Shown: positions 22,226 through 33,844 of the stretch, piece by piece
Layout: the number at the start of each line of letters is the position of its first letter
Numbering within the stretch: the stretch's first letter is position 1
Origin: a virus
Strand: one strand, 5' to 3'
IMG/VR virus record: IMGVR_UViG_3300031087_000014
Length of the DNA stretch: 64,000 bases
Program-made: the position numbers and the translations under genes
The notes under the pieces: generated by a model
Database searches by the model: none
What the model saw: only the letters and a program-made list of their open reading frames with translations
Told to the model about the DNA's origin: nothing

Positions 22226-22423
22226 TTAGTGTACGATTGTCCAACCCGTCTTCTGCCATTCGTCACCCTTATACCAACGAGACATATTGTACTCACCTTC
22301 ACAGTAGATGACACCATTAATCATCTGAAACCATTCATCACAACAGAAGTGACGATGCTTCACCTTATCCCCTTCACTCATTGCTTTCTGCGCTTCTTCC
22401 CAAGACAAGTTGTACATTTTCAC
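22226..22423 (-). CDS. DUF2829/Tad2-like small protein
   Basis: LSWEEAQKAMSEGDKVKH at the N-terminus and GWTIV at the C-terminus match the family pattern F.EAL.A.K.G.KV.R...DW.IV. Confidence 0.45.
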   Translation of the reverse strand: MKMYNLSWEEAQKAMSEGDKVKHRHFCCDEWFQMINGVIYCEGEYNMSRWYKGDEWQKTGWTIVH

Positions 22424-23940
22424 TCCTCTGTGTGTATAACGGAATATTTTGACGTGGGGGGTGTGATACTCCCCGTCACTTGAAGTATCAGCCTACTCCT
22501 TCCCGAAGAAAATATCAAGGGGTATTTCAATAGAGATCTTCGTTCATCTCAATCAACGTTGTAGATTGATATGTATTCCCTATTAATAAATGGGGAATTT
22601 ACCTAATAATAATAGGTAATATGTCTATAATATTTCTGCCAGTATACCCGAATAATTTGACGCCCCTATCTGTGTAATTTGCCCCGAAATATATCGAGAA
22701 AACAGACAGAGTGCCTAACGCGGATTTTTGCCCCCGCCTGATTTTCAGATTTCAAGCCGCCCAAATATCACAATGGTTTCAATAGCTTACGTAATTATAT
22801 CATATCAGAGTGAAGGAGTCTATGATCATTTCGTGCTATCTCCAAACATTCCCGAAAATACTATCATTTCTTTATTAATCAATAACTTAGAGAGTGGAGA
22901 ATACGATATATCACTTTCAAGCTCGAATCGTTCACTAATCAACCAGTATTCACCTGACAACAGCGCAGCGCTCACTATCACAAACCGCTGAAAAGTGCAA
23001 TTTATTCGGGATCTCAAAAAACGCACACTTTTACAGATAGACGCTCAACAACCTACGGTAGTTTTGCTCCGAAACCATAATGATCCTGATTATTAAATAA
23101 ACAATAATAACGTTGTGTTATCATCACAGATGATTCCCTGTTTCACGTTGTGACGATTGTCAATGATGACAATATAATAACGGAAAGAAACGATAACGTT
23201 TCGTTAGAAACTTAAGTTTCCCACGAAGGCACCGAGGAAAGCGAGAGCTTTTCGAGAGTGGTTTAGTTCCGTTATTATATTGTGCGTAAGGTGGTGTCCT
23301 CACGCCCAATAACTATTATTGCTCAAATAGTTTCGCTGCGCAATCATTATTTCCCGAGATATTACCGCTTCGCAATTGTTCTTCCCGAAATGATGATAAT
23401 AACCTACGGTATAATTTCCTTATGAAACATTAACAACATAAAACATTTTAGTATGTTTATTGGTTGTTAGTGTATTGTCAGTTAGTGTAATCTTTCCCGA
23501 AAGCGATTGTTACTTAGATAATAGTTAGAATGCACATAGTAACGTGTGGTTATTATTACTTAGTTATCAATAACATATGTTAGCGTTTGTGTGTTGATTG
23601 TTTCCTTTGTTTACTATTGCACTTTCATAGATGCAGGTTGTTTAGTGTGTTAATTGAGAGCTATTATCATTTATTCACTGTATTGAATAACCATTCATTA
23701 AGATGCGTTAAAGTGTGTTAGTGGGTTGAATAACTGCATAATTGCCAATTGTTCGCCTTCTCAGGTTGTCTGTAAGCCATTCTAAGAGGCTTTTACTGTT
23801 AGCTGTGTGTTGATATGGATTGAGAGAGATTCACCGTTTAAGCAGTTTTTGCATAAATGCACTGTGACGGTTATTGATAGGCAAAATCTATTGGAAACTT
23901 GCAGACAAAATAAAAGGGCTTTTCAGCCCTTGTTTTGTTG
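22424..23940. other. 1.5 kb non-coding block with hairpins and short repeats (left flank of the early island)
   Basis: No ORF with a credible RBS; repeated TTCCCGAAA, AACCTACGGTA and TTAGTGT; long stem-loop at 23170-23283. Confidence 0.8.
23912..23937 (-). terminator. terminator closing the early island
   Basis: AAGGGCT-GAAA-AGCCCTT-TTATTTT on the - strand. Confidence 0.75.
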
Positions 23941-24400
23941 TTCCTTGCTTACATAAAGCCAAACGCTTTACAAGCTTTATTTCTGCGTTCGATCACTTTT
24001 AAGATTGCCTCTAAATTCTGCTTTGTGATGTAGTTGCGTTCCATTGCTTCCCGAACATTGACACGATAAGCGCCGAACCCCTCACGAATGATCAGGATGT
24101 TATCCAGTGGGGTGAGCATTACCCCTGCAACCTCCTCAGAGAAGAAAAGCGCGTTTACTTCGTATTCGATATTTCCATCATTCACACTTTCGATCATAAT
24201 GTCAGTACGAACAGCCCAGGCGTAACAATCGTGAATCAGGGTTGTTTGATCTTGGGTTAATGTTCTGTTGCTGATTGCGTGAGTCAGAGCAGCCGCACCA
24301 AAAGTTTCCGCGATAGTGATAACATCGTTAAAGGTGGTGATAGCGAACATAATAAAACCCTTTTTGTTTGTGGGTTGCTGTATTGCTTCCCGATGAAAAG

Positions 24401-24431
24401 ATTATACGACAAAAGCCCCTTTCGGGGCAAG
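24401..24431 (-). promoter_or_regulatory. sigma70 promoter with embedded GCCCC-GAAA-GGGGC hairpin
   Basis: TTGCCC-cgaaaggggcttttgtcg-TATAAT; near-identical copies at about 25584-25612 and 25843-25872. Confidence 0.75.
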
Positions 24432-25879
24432 TGTTTTGATCATTTGTTTGTTATTCTTTTTCCAGCGGTTCAGCCTCATAACCTAGCGTTCTTATGTCAA
24501 ACAATGCTTGATCAATCTCGTTGATCTTCTTCTGAAAGAATTCCCGCCGTGCTTGTAGCTTATCATCTAGCTGTGATAGGGCTTGCGCTACTGTCTCGCC
24601 TTGTGCGTATACAGTGCCATTGTCACGCCCTGGCATATTGCCTGCTGATGCACTTGCAGACCAATAACCGCGCTTAGAGAAAAACACCTGAAAAGTGCTA
24701 ACCTGGAAAACTTTTGTTTTTAATACGTGACAAAAACGGATCATTTTCTTTCGCCTTCTATTGCATCAATAAACGCGCTAACATCCATCGTAAAACCTAA
24801 AGCGCCAGCCCGCTTGCAAGGGAGATCGCGCAAATACTCTATATTGCCTTCCATTGCTATAGCTGTTTCAAGGTCTCTTAATGCTTTGTGCAAGATATGT
24901 GAATTCGGGTAGTCTCCTTGTTTCATTCTATCACCTCATAGCCAATTGTTTCACACCAGGAAAGCGCCTGATCTTTTGTCTGGAATCTTGCACCCTCTAC
25001 CGCTTGATTTTCCCGATAGCCTGACATTATTTTCAGAGTATAATCAACCTTATTACGATAACGATTAGTGATTATTTTTACTCTCATTATTTCCACGCTT
25101 TAATTGATCTTTCTAGCTTAGGAATGCTAACCTTTAAGGCTAACATTAAGTTAACTTGCTTAGGTGTCCAGGTATCTTGATCCTGCAATTCTTGATAACG
25201 CTTCTTATCATATGCTAATTGCTCTTTTTTCCTTTTCAGGGTTAATCTACCGTGCCAGGTAAAGCCGCTAATAGTGTTATTCATTTTATCACCTATGAAA
25301 GAAGAGCAAAAGAACCGCCAATGATGAAAGGAAGATCATAGCGGGTGAAACGCTTGTACCGCATCCACTGAATGATCACAAAGGAAAGCAACTGTAAAGC
25401 GTCGATCACGTTGTTTGTGATGTTCACGCTTTCACTATTAAACATCATTTCGCCTGTTACGTTGAATGCAACGTTTGACACGTAAGCACAAACTACAGAG
25501 AACAAACAAGCCTTGATAAGGCTAGTCTTTGATAATGTCTTAATAATTGCTTTCATTTGTTACACCATTTGAGCCAAAAACCTATTATGCACTATTGCCC
25601 CTTTCGGGGCAAGCATTATCAATAAATGATTTTCTCGCAGGTCATAGCGTTATGATCTTTCATTGACATAGTGATCGAACCTGTGCGGAGATCCCAATCA
25701 AGATTCAGCTTTTGTGCGTGAGTTATTTCGAATTGTCCGAGATTATGATAGGCGTAATACTTACCTGATACGATTTCTAAGCCAGTGTGAGAGATTGAGA
25801 TAGATTCTTGCATTTTGTTTTACTCTTTGATGGGTGAAATAAGATAGTAACATTGCCCCCTTTCGAGGGCAAGCATTAT

Positions 25880-26233
25880 TTAATCTTTCTTTGCTTCTTT
25901 CCAGTGAGTCAGATTAATAACGCCTTTTGCTTTCATCTTCTCGATCAAGTCGCTTGCAGTGTTGAAAGAATTTTTATAATAAGTCACTGTGTCGCAATAG
26001 CCTGTAGCTTTATCCTCAAAATCTTCACAATGAATCTTTCCGATGATAAGAGAGTTTAAAACGTAATGTTCGCCGGTGTACCAGTTATGCAAGTGAATCG
26101 AACAAGAAAAATCATCGCTCGGGCCTTCTGGCGTCATACACGCGATCAAATCCTCGCGCTCAACAACTAAACCCCAAACGTGATCTACATCACCGGGAGT
26201 TTTTACAGTAGCGTTTACGTTGATAGTTTTCAT
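25880..26233 (-). CDS. hypothetical early protein (start revised to MKTINV)
   Basis: A promoter TTGCCT-16-TATTAT and a leader hairpin lie inside the 5' extension given by the ORF track. Confidence 0.65.
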   Translation of the reverse strand: MKTINVNATVKTPGDVDHVWGLVVEREDLIACMTPEGPSDDFSCSIHLHNWYTGEHYVLNSLIIGKIHCEDFEDKATGYCDTVTYYKNSFNTASDLIEKMKAKGVINLTHWKEAKKD

Positions 26234-26848
26234 TGTCGATTGCCTTAATCTTGTGAGGGCTGGCACCATTGCCGCCCAACACAGATATAATAACATAACG
26301 AGGATTAAAGGCAACACTTTGATCAAGAATGTTTGAAATTCTTTTGAGCTACATCTAAATGATCTTTTATTGCTTTGAGGCTTGACATATGCGCCAAATG
26401 CTCTACCTTTCCTTTCTGGCAATGCTTCTTAGTTAGATGATATCGAGCCAGTAGACAAAGATAATCGAAATCGTTATCATTTATCAGTTTATTGCAAATG
26501 CCGAAACGGCGGGATATTGGATAACCTTTAAGAGGGTTAAACGCATTGTGACGATTAGCGCCCATTAACGATCATCTTCAATCAAAATTATTTCATCGCT
26601 GAAATGATGCGTTACCATCTCACAACCTTCCTCCGTTATGTAATGAATTGACATATAATCGCCGTGATCAACTTCTGTAATCAGCAATGAGTATTGCTCA
26701 CCGAAACAGTTTTCACGCGCCAGGCGATCACCCGCTTGGATACATTCAGCCTTAATCATACGTGCTTTCATTTTGTTTTCCTTAGTGGTTAGCAGTATTG
26801 CCGCCCTTCTGATAAACATCATATCATAGTGAGCGACACGATCAACAC

Positions 26849-27109
26849 TTATTTAAATCTATTTGCTCTTTCTTTTGCTATTTCTTTTTTGAACTGCTTA
26901 ACATACACTTTATTAAAGTTTTGCAACTGAGTGAAAGCGATGTTATATAGCTTTTTCTCTGTCTGATATTCTGGCGTTACTTTGATGTGATCCGGCGTCA
27001 ATCCCATTGCACTGCGTGGATATTTATCAAAGGCAGATCCTAGCAGCTTGCAATTTTCTTCTAACTGCGCTTTAACTTTCTTTGCTTCTTCAAAGGTATA
27101 AGCTAACAT
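26849..27109 (-). CDS. conserved phage protein (MGLTPD motif)
   Basis: PRSAMGLTPDH.K..PEY...K...AF..L.NFN. Confidence 0.55.
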   Translation of the reverse strand: MLAYTFEEAKKVKAQLEENCKLLGSAFDKYPRSAMGLTPDHIKVTPEYQTEKKLYNIAFTQLQNFNKVYVKQFKKEIAKERANRFK

Positions 27110-28267
27110 TAATCACACTCCGCACACGAATTAATCAGACCAATAAAACCAGAAAGCAACGATACCATAAACAGCACTAAACTACCAGCGTTTTCGGTCA
27201 AAGGATCTTTAAAAATCATTGAGCAGATGAAAGCAATAATAGCGATGATGAATGAAAAGCGCATTTTCTGATTCCTGTCTTTGTTTAGGCTCTATTGCCT
27301 CAGTCCGTATATAATAGCATAACCAGTTTTAAGATCCACTATTGTTTTGTAAAGATTGTGGAACTATTCTCATTACCAGAATAACAGGTATCTCCAGTGT
27401 GTTTCCTCCGGTGTCCATCGTTGCCGCTGTAAGTAAGATAACAAAAAAGGCCAGCAAATGCCAGCCCTTTTATCACCAATTTGTTGATCTGACTACTTCA
27501 CCCGCTACCAGTTGCCACCGCCAGCCCGATCCGGTTAGCTTGAATACGCTATCGTATTTTTCCAGCAAGTCATAAACAGGTTGTTGGTATTTTGTTTCAT
27601 CAAGTCCGATTTCCTGATCGTAGAAGCAAGCGCCACCCATAGCCATAACAAAAGCAACAGCACGATTTTTAGGGTTAAGCAAGATCTTTGTGACTCGCTT
27701 TTCTATTTCAGCCATCACAAGGCTTTCAGCCTCTTGCAACAGGTTATCAACTTCTTTCATTATTCGTAATCCTTAAAGAATTCACTGATAAACGCCCATA
27801 CATCGGCTTTTGTGTGACAAATGCCGTAATCAACGTGTGAAACTACATCGCCCATCTGTGATCCTTCGTCAGTCTCAGGATCTACACCTTCGGGAAAGTG
27901 AACCAGCGTTAAATCTTCAACACGATAAGCACTCTTGCCGCTTCGCAGATTCATCGGGCCTGGTGCAATAGTGTAGCACAACTCATAACGTTTACAAACA
28001 GACAAGACAGAATTAAAATGAGAGTAAGACGGATGACCATAGTCACGGATATTTGCCATATCTTCACGGGCTTTATCTTTTGCATCTTTCAGTTTAAAAC
28101 GAATCATTTTATTTATCCTTAAGCAACGATTGCAGCGATTGAAAACATAAATCCGATAATACCTAAAATCATAACGCCGTGTAAGTTGTTCATTTTGTTT
28201 CTTTCCGTTGTCTGTTTCAGTAAGGCTATTATGCCCCACTTTCGCAGGGCTGTTTTATCAATTTGTG

Positions 28268-30959
28268 CTATTTAATATAGTCTTTGCAATCTTCTGGGTT
28301 TAAGAATGGCATATGTTGAGCCATAACTTTACCGTATCTGCCGATTCCCCACTGATTAAGGTTATATTCTGCCGTTCGCTGAATCACTAAACCGCACTGG
28401 ATCTTGTCTGCTGCTTCTTTTTCTCTGTTGTTCAAAAAGTCGTGAAATCTCGGTAATGACTTATTGTTTTCTTTTTCAAATTCTGCTAGCGCGTCTCTTT
28501 CTTCTAGGACGAACATCAAATCACGAAAACCATTATTTGCCATTTCTTGACCAGTAGCAAAACGGGAATGATGATAAAAATAGTTGGTTGGATCTTGATA
28601 CTCTTCCAGCGGCTGCACTTCGTCTAAGAAAAATAGTTGACCGTTATCAAGCCCTAACCCATTTTCAGAGAGAGTTTCAACAGTTGCAATTTTGCGAGTT
28701 TCCAGAACAATGACTTTTTGGCCCACACAGAAGAAGTTTTTCATTTTGTTTGTCTCAGTTAGCGCCGCACCATTGCCGCGCCTTCTGTGATACATAATAG
28801 CAAACTGAGTTATTTTGTTTTATCTTTTTGTGCTATTGCATTTCAGCGTGAATAATGGCGCATTCAATCCCCGCCAGGATGTTACGACGATCTTTTAGTA
28901 GTTCGTCAAGTGTGGGAGACGGTGATAATAAATGCTCTGTTTCGGTTATCTCGCGCTGAACGATTTCCGACAGTGTGCGCATTTTTTCAATAGTCAAGTT
29001 TAAAGTAACAACTTTGCTCATAAAATCCTCTATTCAGTGATTATGCATAAATAACGCTGTTTATGCAGATAGTAACAGATAGCAACTAAATTTAAGCCAT
29101 TCTAAGGAGATCCCGACAAACCACCCTATCGTAAAACCTCCTGTAACGCTCTCTAAGCGTCGATCTCCGAAAGTGCTATCACTGCATTGCCTCGCGGAGA
29201 TCTCTTTAAATTCACTTTTTTGCATAACGCAAAAATGAAATAAAGTTGTATTTGCTATTGATTTTAATCGTTAAGTAAGATCACGATTAGCGCAATGATT
29301 AAGGCGGTTGTCCAGCCAAATAAATTCACAATAAGAGCGAAAAGTAGTAGATCAATGATAAAGTCACGCATAGTAATTACCCCTTGTTATTAACGATCAT
29401 AAAATGCTTGATGCGGTGCCAGGTGCGGTAAAGGTTGTTATGATAACCAGGGCCGCGATCATTAACATCGCAATATGCTTCGATGGCTAACTGTTTCACT
29501 TCGTCACTATCAAGCTTTAAACGTTTACCGTTCGTTACTACTTCTACGCATTCTTTTATGTAGTAAACATAATCGCCTTGATCAGTAAATATTGTGCGAT
29601 TATCACGAATATAGCGGATCAGATAATCATTGCCAAATTGCTTAACTTTTCGCAGTGCTGCGCCACCATTAAACAACTTTCTAATATGGTGAGGATCATT
29701 TATTGCCTTATTTGAATCCTTACACCAAGCAGACAAAGCTTTTTTGATATCGCGTGATCGTGCTTCGTACTCCGGCACTAACACATTGATCCGTGCTTGC
29801 GCTTTTGCTTCGTCGCTCAATTCATCATAATAGAAAAACTTTGTGATATTCATTGGTTAAGCCCTTTTCATAAAATCAACAGCACTTGTTAACGTGCGGA
29901 GCTTGCTCTCTGTCGCAAGTGAGATCGCATTATAAGTTTTAACCCTCATAGGCGCAAGCTGAATCTTGCGGATCTCGTTAAAATATTTTGCCTTTACTTT
30001 CTTGTTACATCCAGCATCATTAGCAACGGTATTCATCACCGCTTGCACTTTCTGATTGTGAATTCTGAAAATTGCATCAGGGTTATATTCCTGGCGCTTT
30101 GTTGCTGTCAGAGTGTCGTTGGCGATTGAACGTAACAGAGTGAGGAGTTGTAAAGGTTGCATTTTGTTTGCCCTAGTTGCTTAACCGATGAAAACCATTA
30201 TACACTAACAGAGGCGGGAGTAAACCCCCCGCGCAATGTTTATTATTGGAAAAACAAGACTAAAAAGACGATAGCCCACAAACCGCCGCTGATTAACAGC
30301 TTTGTTTTGTTTTCTGCTAAAAATGATTCTTCTTTATAGTCTATACTGTCGCTTTCCATATGGGTTTAGTTTACCTCTAAGTCTGATTTATTAAATTGGA
30401 ATTTGATTTCAGGATGTAACATATTTTCTAAAATCACTTTCCCGCTGTTATCATCTTGCGAGTCTGAAACAATGTAACATCCCCGCGTAATGATGTGATC
30501 TGCGTCTACCGTTTCAACGTCCGGCATAAAGTCCAGAATGTCAAAACAATTATTCGCATCTTTCTTTAACTCGGTAACAGAGTTGCTTACCCAGGTTTTT
30601 TCAAAATCTGCGCCGCACTTGTCGTTAGTTTGCGTTGCGATGTTACACAGTGAAGCGATTAAAACAATAGATGCGAACATTTTAGATCCTTAAGCTGTCA
30701 TATAATCGTTGACGATAGCAACAATAGTTGCTGGAGTATCTTGCAGTGAGATAACAGCGTTATCGCTCACCTGATGAAAACCATTATCGCATAAATAGGT
30801 TAGATTGCAAACATTATTTTCAACTGATACCACAATTCCCACTCTGCGATTATGAAACGAAAACTTAAACGTTTTTTCTGTCTTTGTTACGTCTTGGGAG
30901 TCTAACATAACGCCGTCAACAATACTAGAGAAAAAAGCCAAAGTGTTTGCGAGTACCAT
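28268..30959 (-). CDS. early hypothetical proteins (28268-28744, 28833-29021, 29377-29853, 29857-30162, 30366-30680, 30690-30959)
   Basis: ORFs downstream of early promoters; 30366-30680 has a signal-peptide-like N-terminus. Confidence 0.6.
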
Positions 30960-30972
30960 TTAAAAATATTCC

Positions 30973-31542
30973 TTACAGTGCGATTAGTTGGGTGGCAATG
31001 CAGCCTTTTAGCACAACAGCGCCAGCCTCTTTACTAATGAAATCACAGTTTAGCTTAATACCTAGTGATTGTCCAGAAAATTCTGCTGCCAATGTCTCTG
31101 TGATTTCTGTTCCCTTCTCCACCATTGGCACGGCTCTAGCTTCTAATTCCTTTGCGGTTAGCTGGATGTAAGCAACAACCGGACTTGCTTTAGAATACAG
31201 GTTTACTTTAAGGTTTAGATTACCGTTAGCCATTTCTACAGATTCGCCAATACTTTTCACCTTGAAAAACACCTGGCCTAGTGATGATTTTAATTGCTTC
31301 TTTGCACCTTCGAGATCACTTACTGCATTCTCTGCAATCCCTTGGGATAAAAACATTCTCGCATAAGCTGGATCAGATGTAAAGTCTTGTTTTGACATAG
31401 TACCAGAGTAAAAACAATCCTGGATAGCTAAAGCGTGATAACGGGATTCTTGCCCGAAATTAGTATCACTGCACCACTTAGGCGCGGCGCTGGCGGTGAA
31501 GCTGGAAAGGGCCAGGGCTGCAACTAGGATTGTCTTTTTCAT
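30973..31542 (-). CDS. secreted/periplasmic protein
   Basis: Classic signal peptide MKKTILVAALALSSFTASA; paired Cys residues. Confidence 0.7.
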   Translation of the reverse strand: MKKTILVAALALSSFTASAAPKWCSDTNFGQESRYHALAIQDCFYSGTMSKQDFTSDPAYARMFLSQGIAENAVSDLEGAKKQLKSSLGQVFFKVKSIGESVEMANGNLNLKVNLYSKASPVVAYIQLTAKELEARAVPMVEKGTEITETLAAEFSGQSLGIKLNCDFISKEAGAVVLKGCIATQLIAL

Positions 31543-32034
31543 TGTCTCGCCTTATATCTGCTTTGTCTCAATCAGTGCAGATATACTAACACAGTTTTCC
31601 CAATTATCTATAACTATTTTTGATTCTTTTTCGTCTACAGACAACACAATGCCCCACACAGAGAAGCCGTATTGATCGCGGTAACGCGCTTGCATTCTAT
31701 TGGATTGCTTCCATTGGAGGATAAAAGCGGGGAGGTTGTTTATAGCGGTGTCGTGTCTCATTGCTGCTGTAATCCATTCTAAGCGGGTTTATTGCTTTGC
31801 TAGTGTGATTGTGTGGCTGTCTGATTCAAGCCCTTAAACGTCGAAAGGGGCGCTATTTGCGCCCCCTCTTATTACTCTTGCCAGTTGCGTTTATTGCTTA
31901 CGCCTCGCGTAGTCTTGTTGCGCTTTGCGCCTTTCTTCACTACCACTTCACCAAAGGCCAGGCGCTTGCCAGATTTCATTTTTTCAGCTTTGTTTGTGTA
32001 TTGCATCTTTATACCCTCTTTAAGTTTAGTTAGA

Positions 32035-32595
32035 TTATTTGTTACGCATTTCTTTTGCTTTACTGCGCATAAAGAAGCAGTCTAGCAGAATCAGCTTGCC
32101 GTTGTCTACTGCAACATTTCGCGGTGAAATCTCAAACATTACATCAGATCCGTAATTCGCTACATCATCCAGCGCTTCAATCATTGTCGTGCGTAACTCG
32201 TCATTTTCAATCGTTGAAAATGCATCGTGTACCGCGTTGTAACTGTCATAAAGGTTGCTAGGACACTTTAACACATCCTGAGCCTTTCGCAAAGTTTTAT
32301 AAATTTCGTATTGATCTGCTTCTAAACTATTTTTCAGGCTTGAAACTTTTGTATACCGTTTCATTTTGAAAATAGTCTCGCCGCTTGCTAAGCAATCTAT
32401 TCTCTCAGTTACTGGAAACAGTGTATCACACAGCCAACCCATTGAGTAGACTTCTTTCAACGGATCTTCACTTACTAACAGTACTTCACTATCACTCAAT
32501 TCGAAACACTCAGTGAACAATCCTTTACCCAACTTTTTCAAGCCCTTCACTAACTGGCGCTTAGTGGTTTTGTCTGTGATTTCGATGATAGTCAT
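32035..32595 (-). CDS. protein-kinase-like early protein
   Basis: LGKGLFTECF Gly loop; FEISPRNV (catalytic loop, Asp to Glu); GKLILLDCFF. Confidence 0.6.
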   Translation of the reverse strand: MTIIEITDKTTKRQLVKGLKKLGKGLFTECFELSDSEVLLVSEDPLKEVYSMGWLCDTLFPVTERIDCLASGETIFKMKRYTKVSSLKNSLEADQYEIYKTLRKAQDVLKCPSNLYDSYNAVHDAFSTIENDELRTTMIEALDDVANYGSDVMFEISPRNVAVDNGKLILLDCFFMRSKAKEMRNK

Positions 32596-32919
32596 TTTGT
32601 TTTTCCTGGTTAGTGTGTGATTGTTTCTCTAAATCAGAGACACTATTCTATAATGTCTCTTGTTTACAGTCAACAGTTATTTTGAAACTTTTACTACTTT
32701 CCAACCTTTGCAGCCTGTAAACACTTCCTTATACTCTCGCTTTGCTTCTTGGGCGTCAGCATATGGTAAACGCCAATCTGGTTTAAAGATAGAACCGTCA
32801 GCCTGCGTACATTGGATAGTGTATTTGTTCATTTTCTTCTCTCTATCGGCGGGAGCCATTCCCGCCCTGTGATAAGTAGTATCGTTTATTTTGAATCTTA
32901 CGTCAACAACTATTTTTGT

Positions 32920-33267
32920 TTATTCTTCGTTTTCTGCTTCTTCTAATTCGTCTTCCAGATCCTGCAACTCGTTTTCTAATGTCTCTAACTCTTCCGCTAA
33001 CTCTTTGTATTCTTCGTTTTCTTCTTTTTCTAAAGAATCTTCATAGTCGCTTTTTCCGACGTTGTATGCTGTTTCATCAACCATCTTAAGAGCGTAAGCA
33101 GGGGAATAAGTGTTGCCGCAGATTTCTACTTCTTCGTAGCAATCATTAAGAAAATCATCATACTCGCTTTCGCTTACAGTGATTTCAAAGTTATCCATTT
33201 CGGACTGCTTTGCCTTGATTTCAGCAGTTTTAGAAACGATGTTTGCTTTGATGGTTGCGATAGTCAT
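32920..33267 (-). CDS. highly acidic protein, DNA-mimic candidate
   Basis: About one third Asp/Glu; YDDFLNDCYEEVEICG.TYSP.YALK.VD.TAY core; acidic coiled-coil tail; own promoter. Confidence 0.6.
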   Translation of the reverse strand: MTIATIKANIVSKTAEIKAKQSEMDNFEITVSESEYDDFLNDCYEEVEICGNTYSPAYALKMVDETAYNVGKSDYEDSLEKEENEEYKELAEELETLENELQDLEDELEEAENEE

Positions 33268-33418
33268 AATATTTTCTCTTCTCTGTTAGGGACAACCCTT
33301 TGTTGTCCTGATATGAAACATTCTACGCTATTTTGATTTAGAGTCAACAACTATTTTCTAAATCTTTTAACTTTCTTTCTCATTGCCCCTTTAATCAAAG
33401 AGGCAACACGAAAAATCG

Positions 33419-33760
33419 TTATTCTGTTTCTTCTTCCTCGTCTTCTCCGAAACCTGATTCACACCATACTAAATCATTTGAGTTCTGAATGTCAATGTAA
33501 AGTTGTTCGTAGATGCGAGCCTGCAAAATCCGCGTAACATCTTTTGTCTCAGGAATCAAGCCGCTGTCTTCGAATTCGTGATCAATACCTTCTGATGCCA
33601 TTACTTGAAAGATTTCACTGTAGTAGTGAGGTACATAGCGATCCGCTACTTCGTGCAATGCATCGTGTGAATCGCTCATTTCAGTAAGGTTATCGCACTG
33701 GATACGCTCGTTAAAAGCGACGATTGCATTTGCCAGGATTTCAGTGTAAGTAACAGTCAT
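33419..33760 (-). CDS. ocr: Ocr (T7 gp0.3-like) anti-restriction DNA mimic
   Basis: [56 protein letters not shown] is nearly identical to T7 Ocr [56 protein letters not shown]. Confidence 0.95.
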   Translation of the reverse strand: [113 protein letters not shown]

Positions 33761-33844
33761 TTTTTCTTTCCTTCGTTGTCTTGTTAGTGTGAGAGTATTT
33801 TAATGTAAGCTATCGCTATTTGCAATAGCCTACTAAAAATATTC

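Noticed and set aside
22728-23026. ORF-track ORFs 22728-22991 (+) and 22826-23026 (-)
   Set aside because: No RBS, atypical composition, mutually overlapping inside the repeat block.
22424-23940. CRISPR array or tRNA cluster in the non-coding blocks
   Set aside because: No regularly spaced 25-40 bp repeats, and no T-loop (GTTCRA) cloverleafs found here or at 36.4-37.2 kb.
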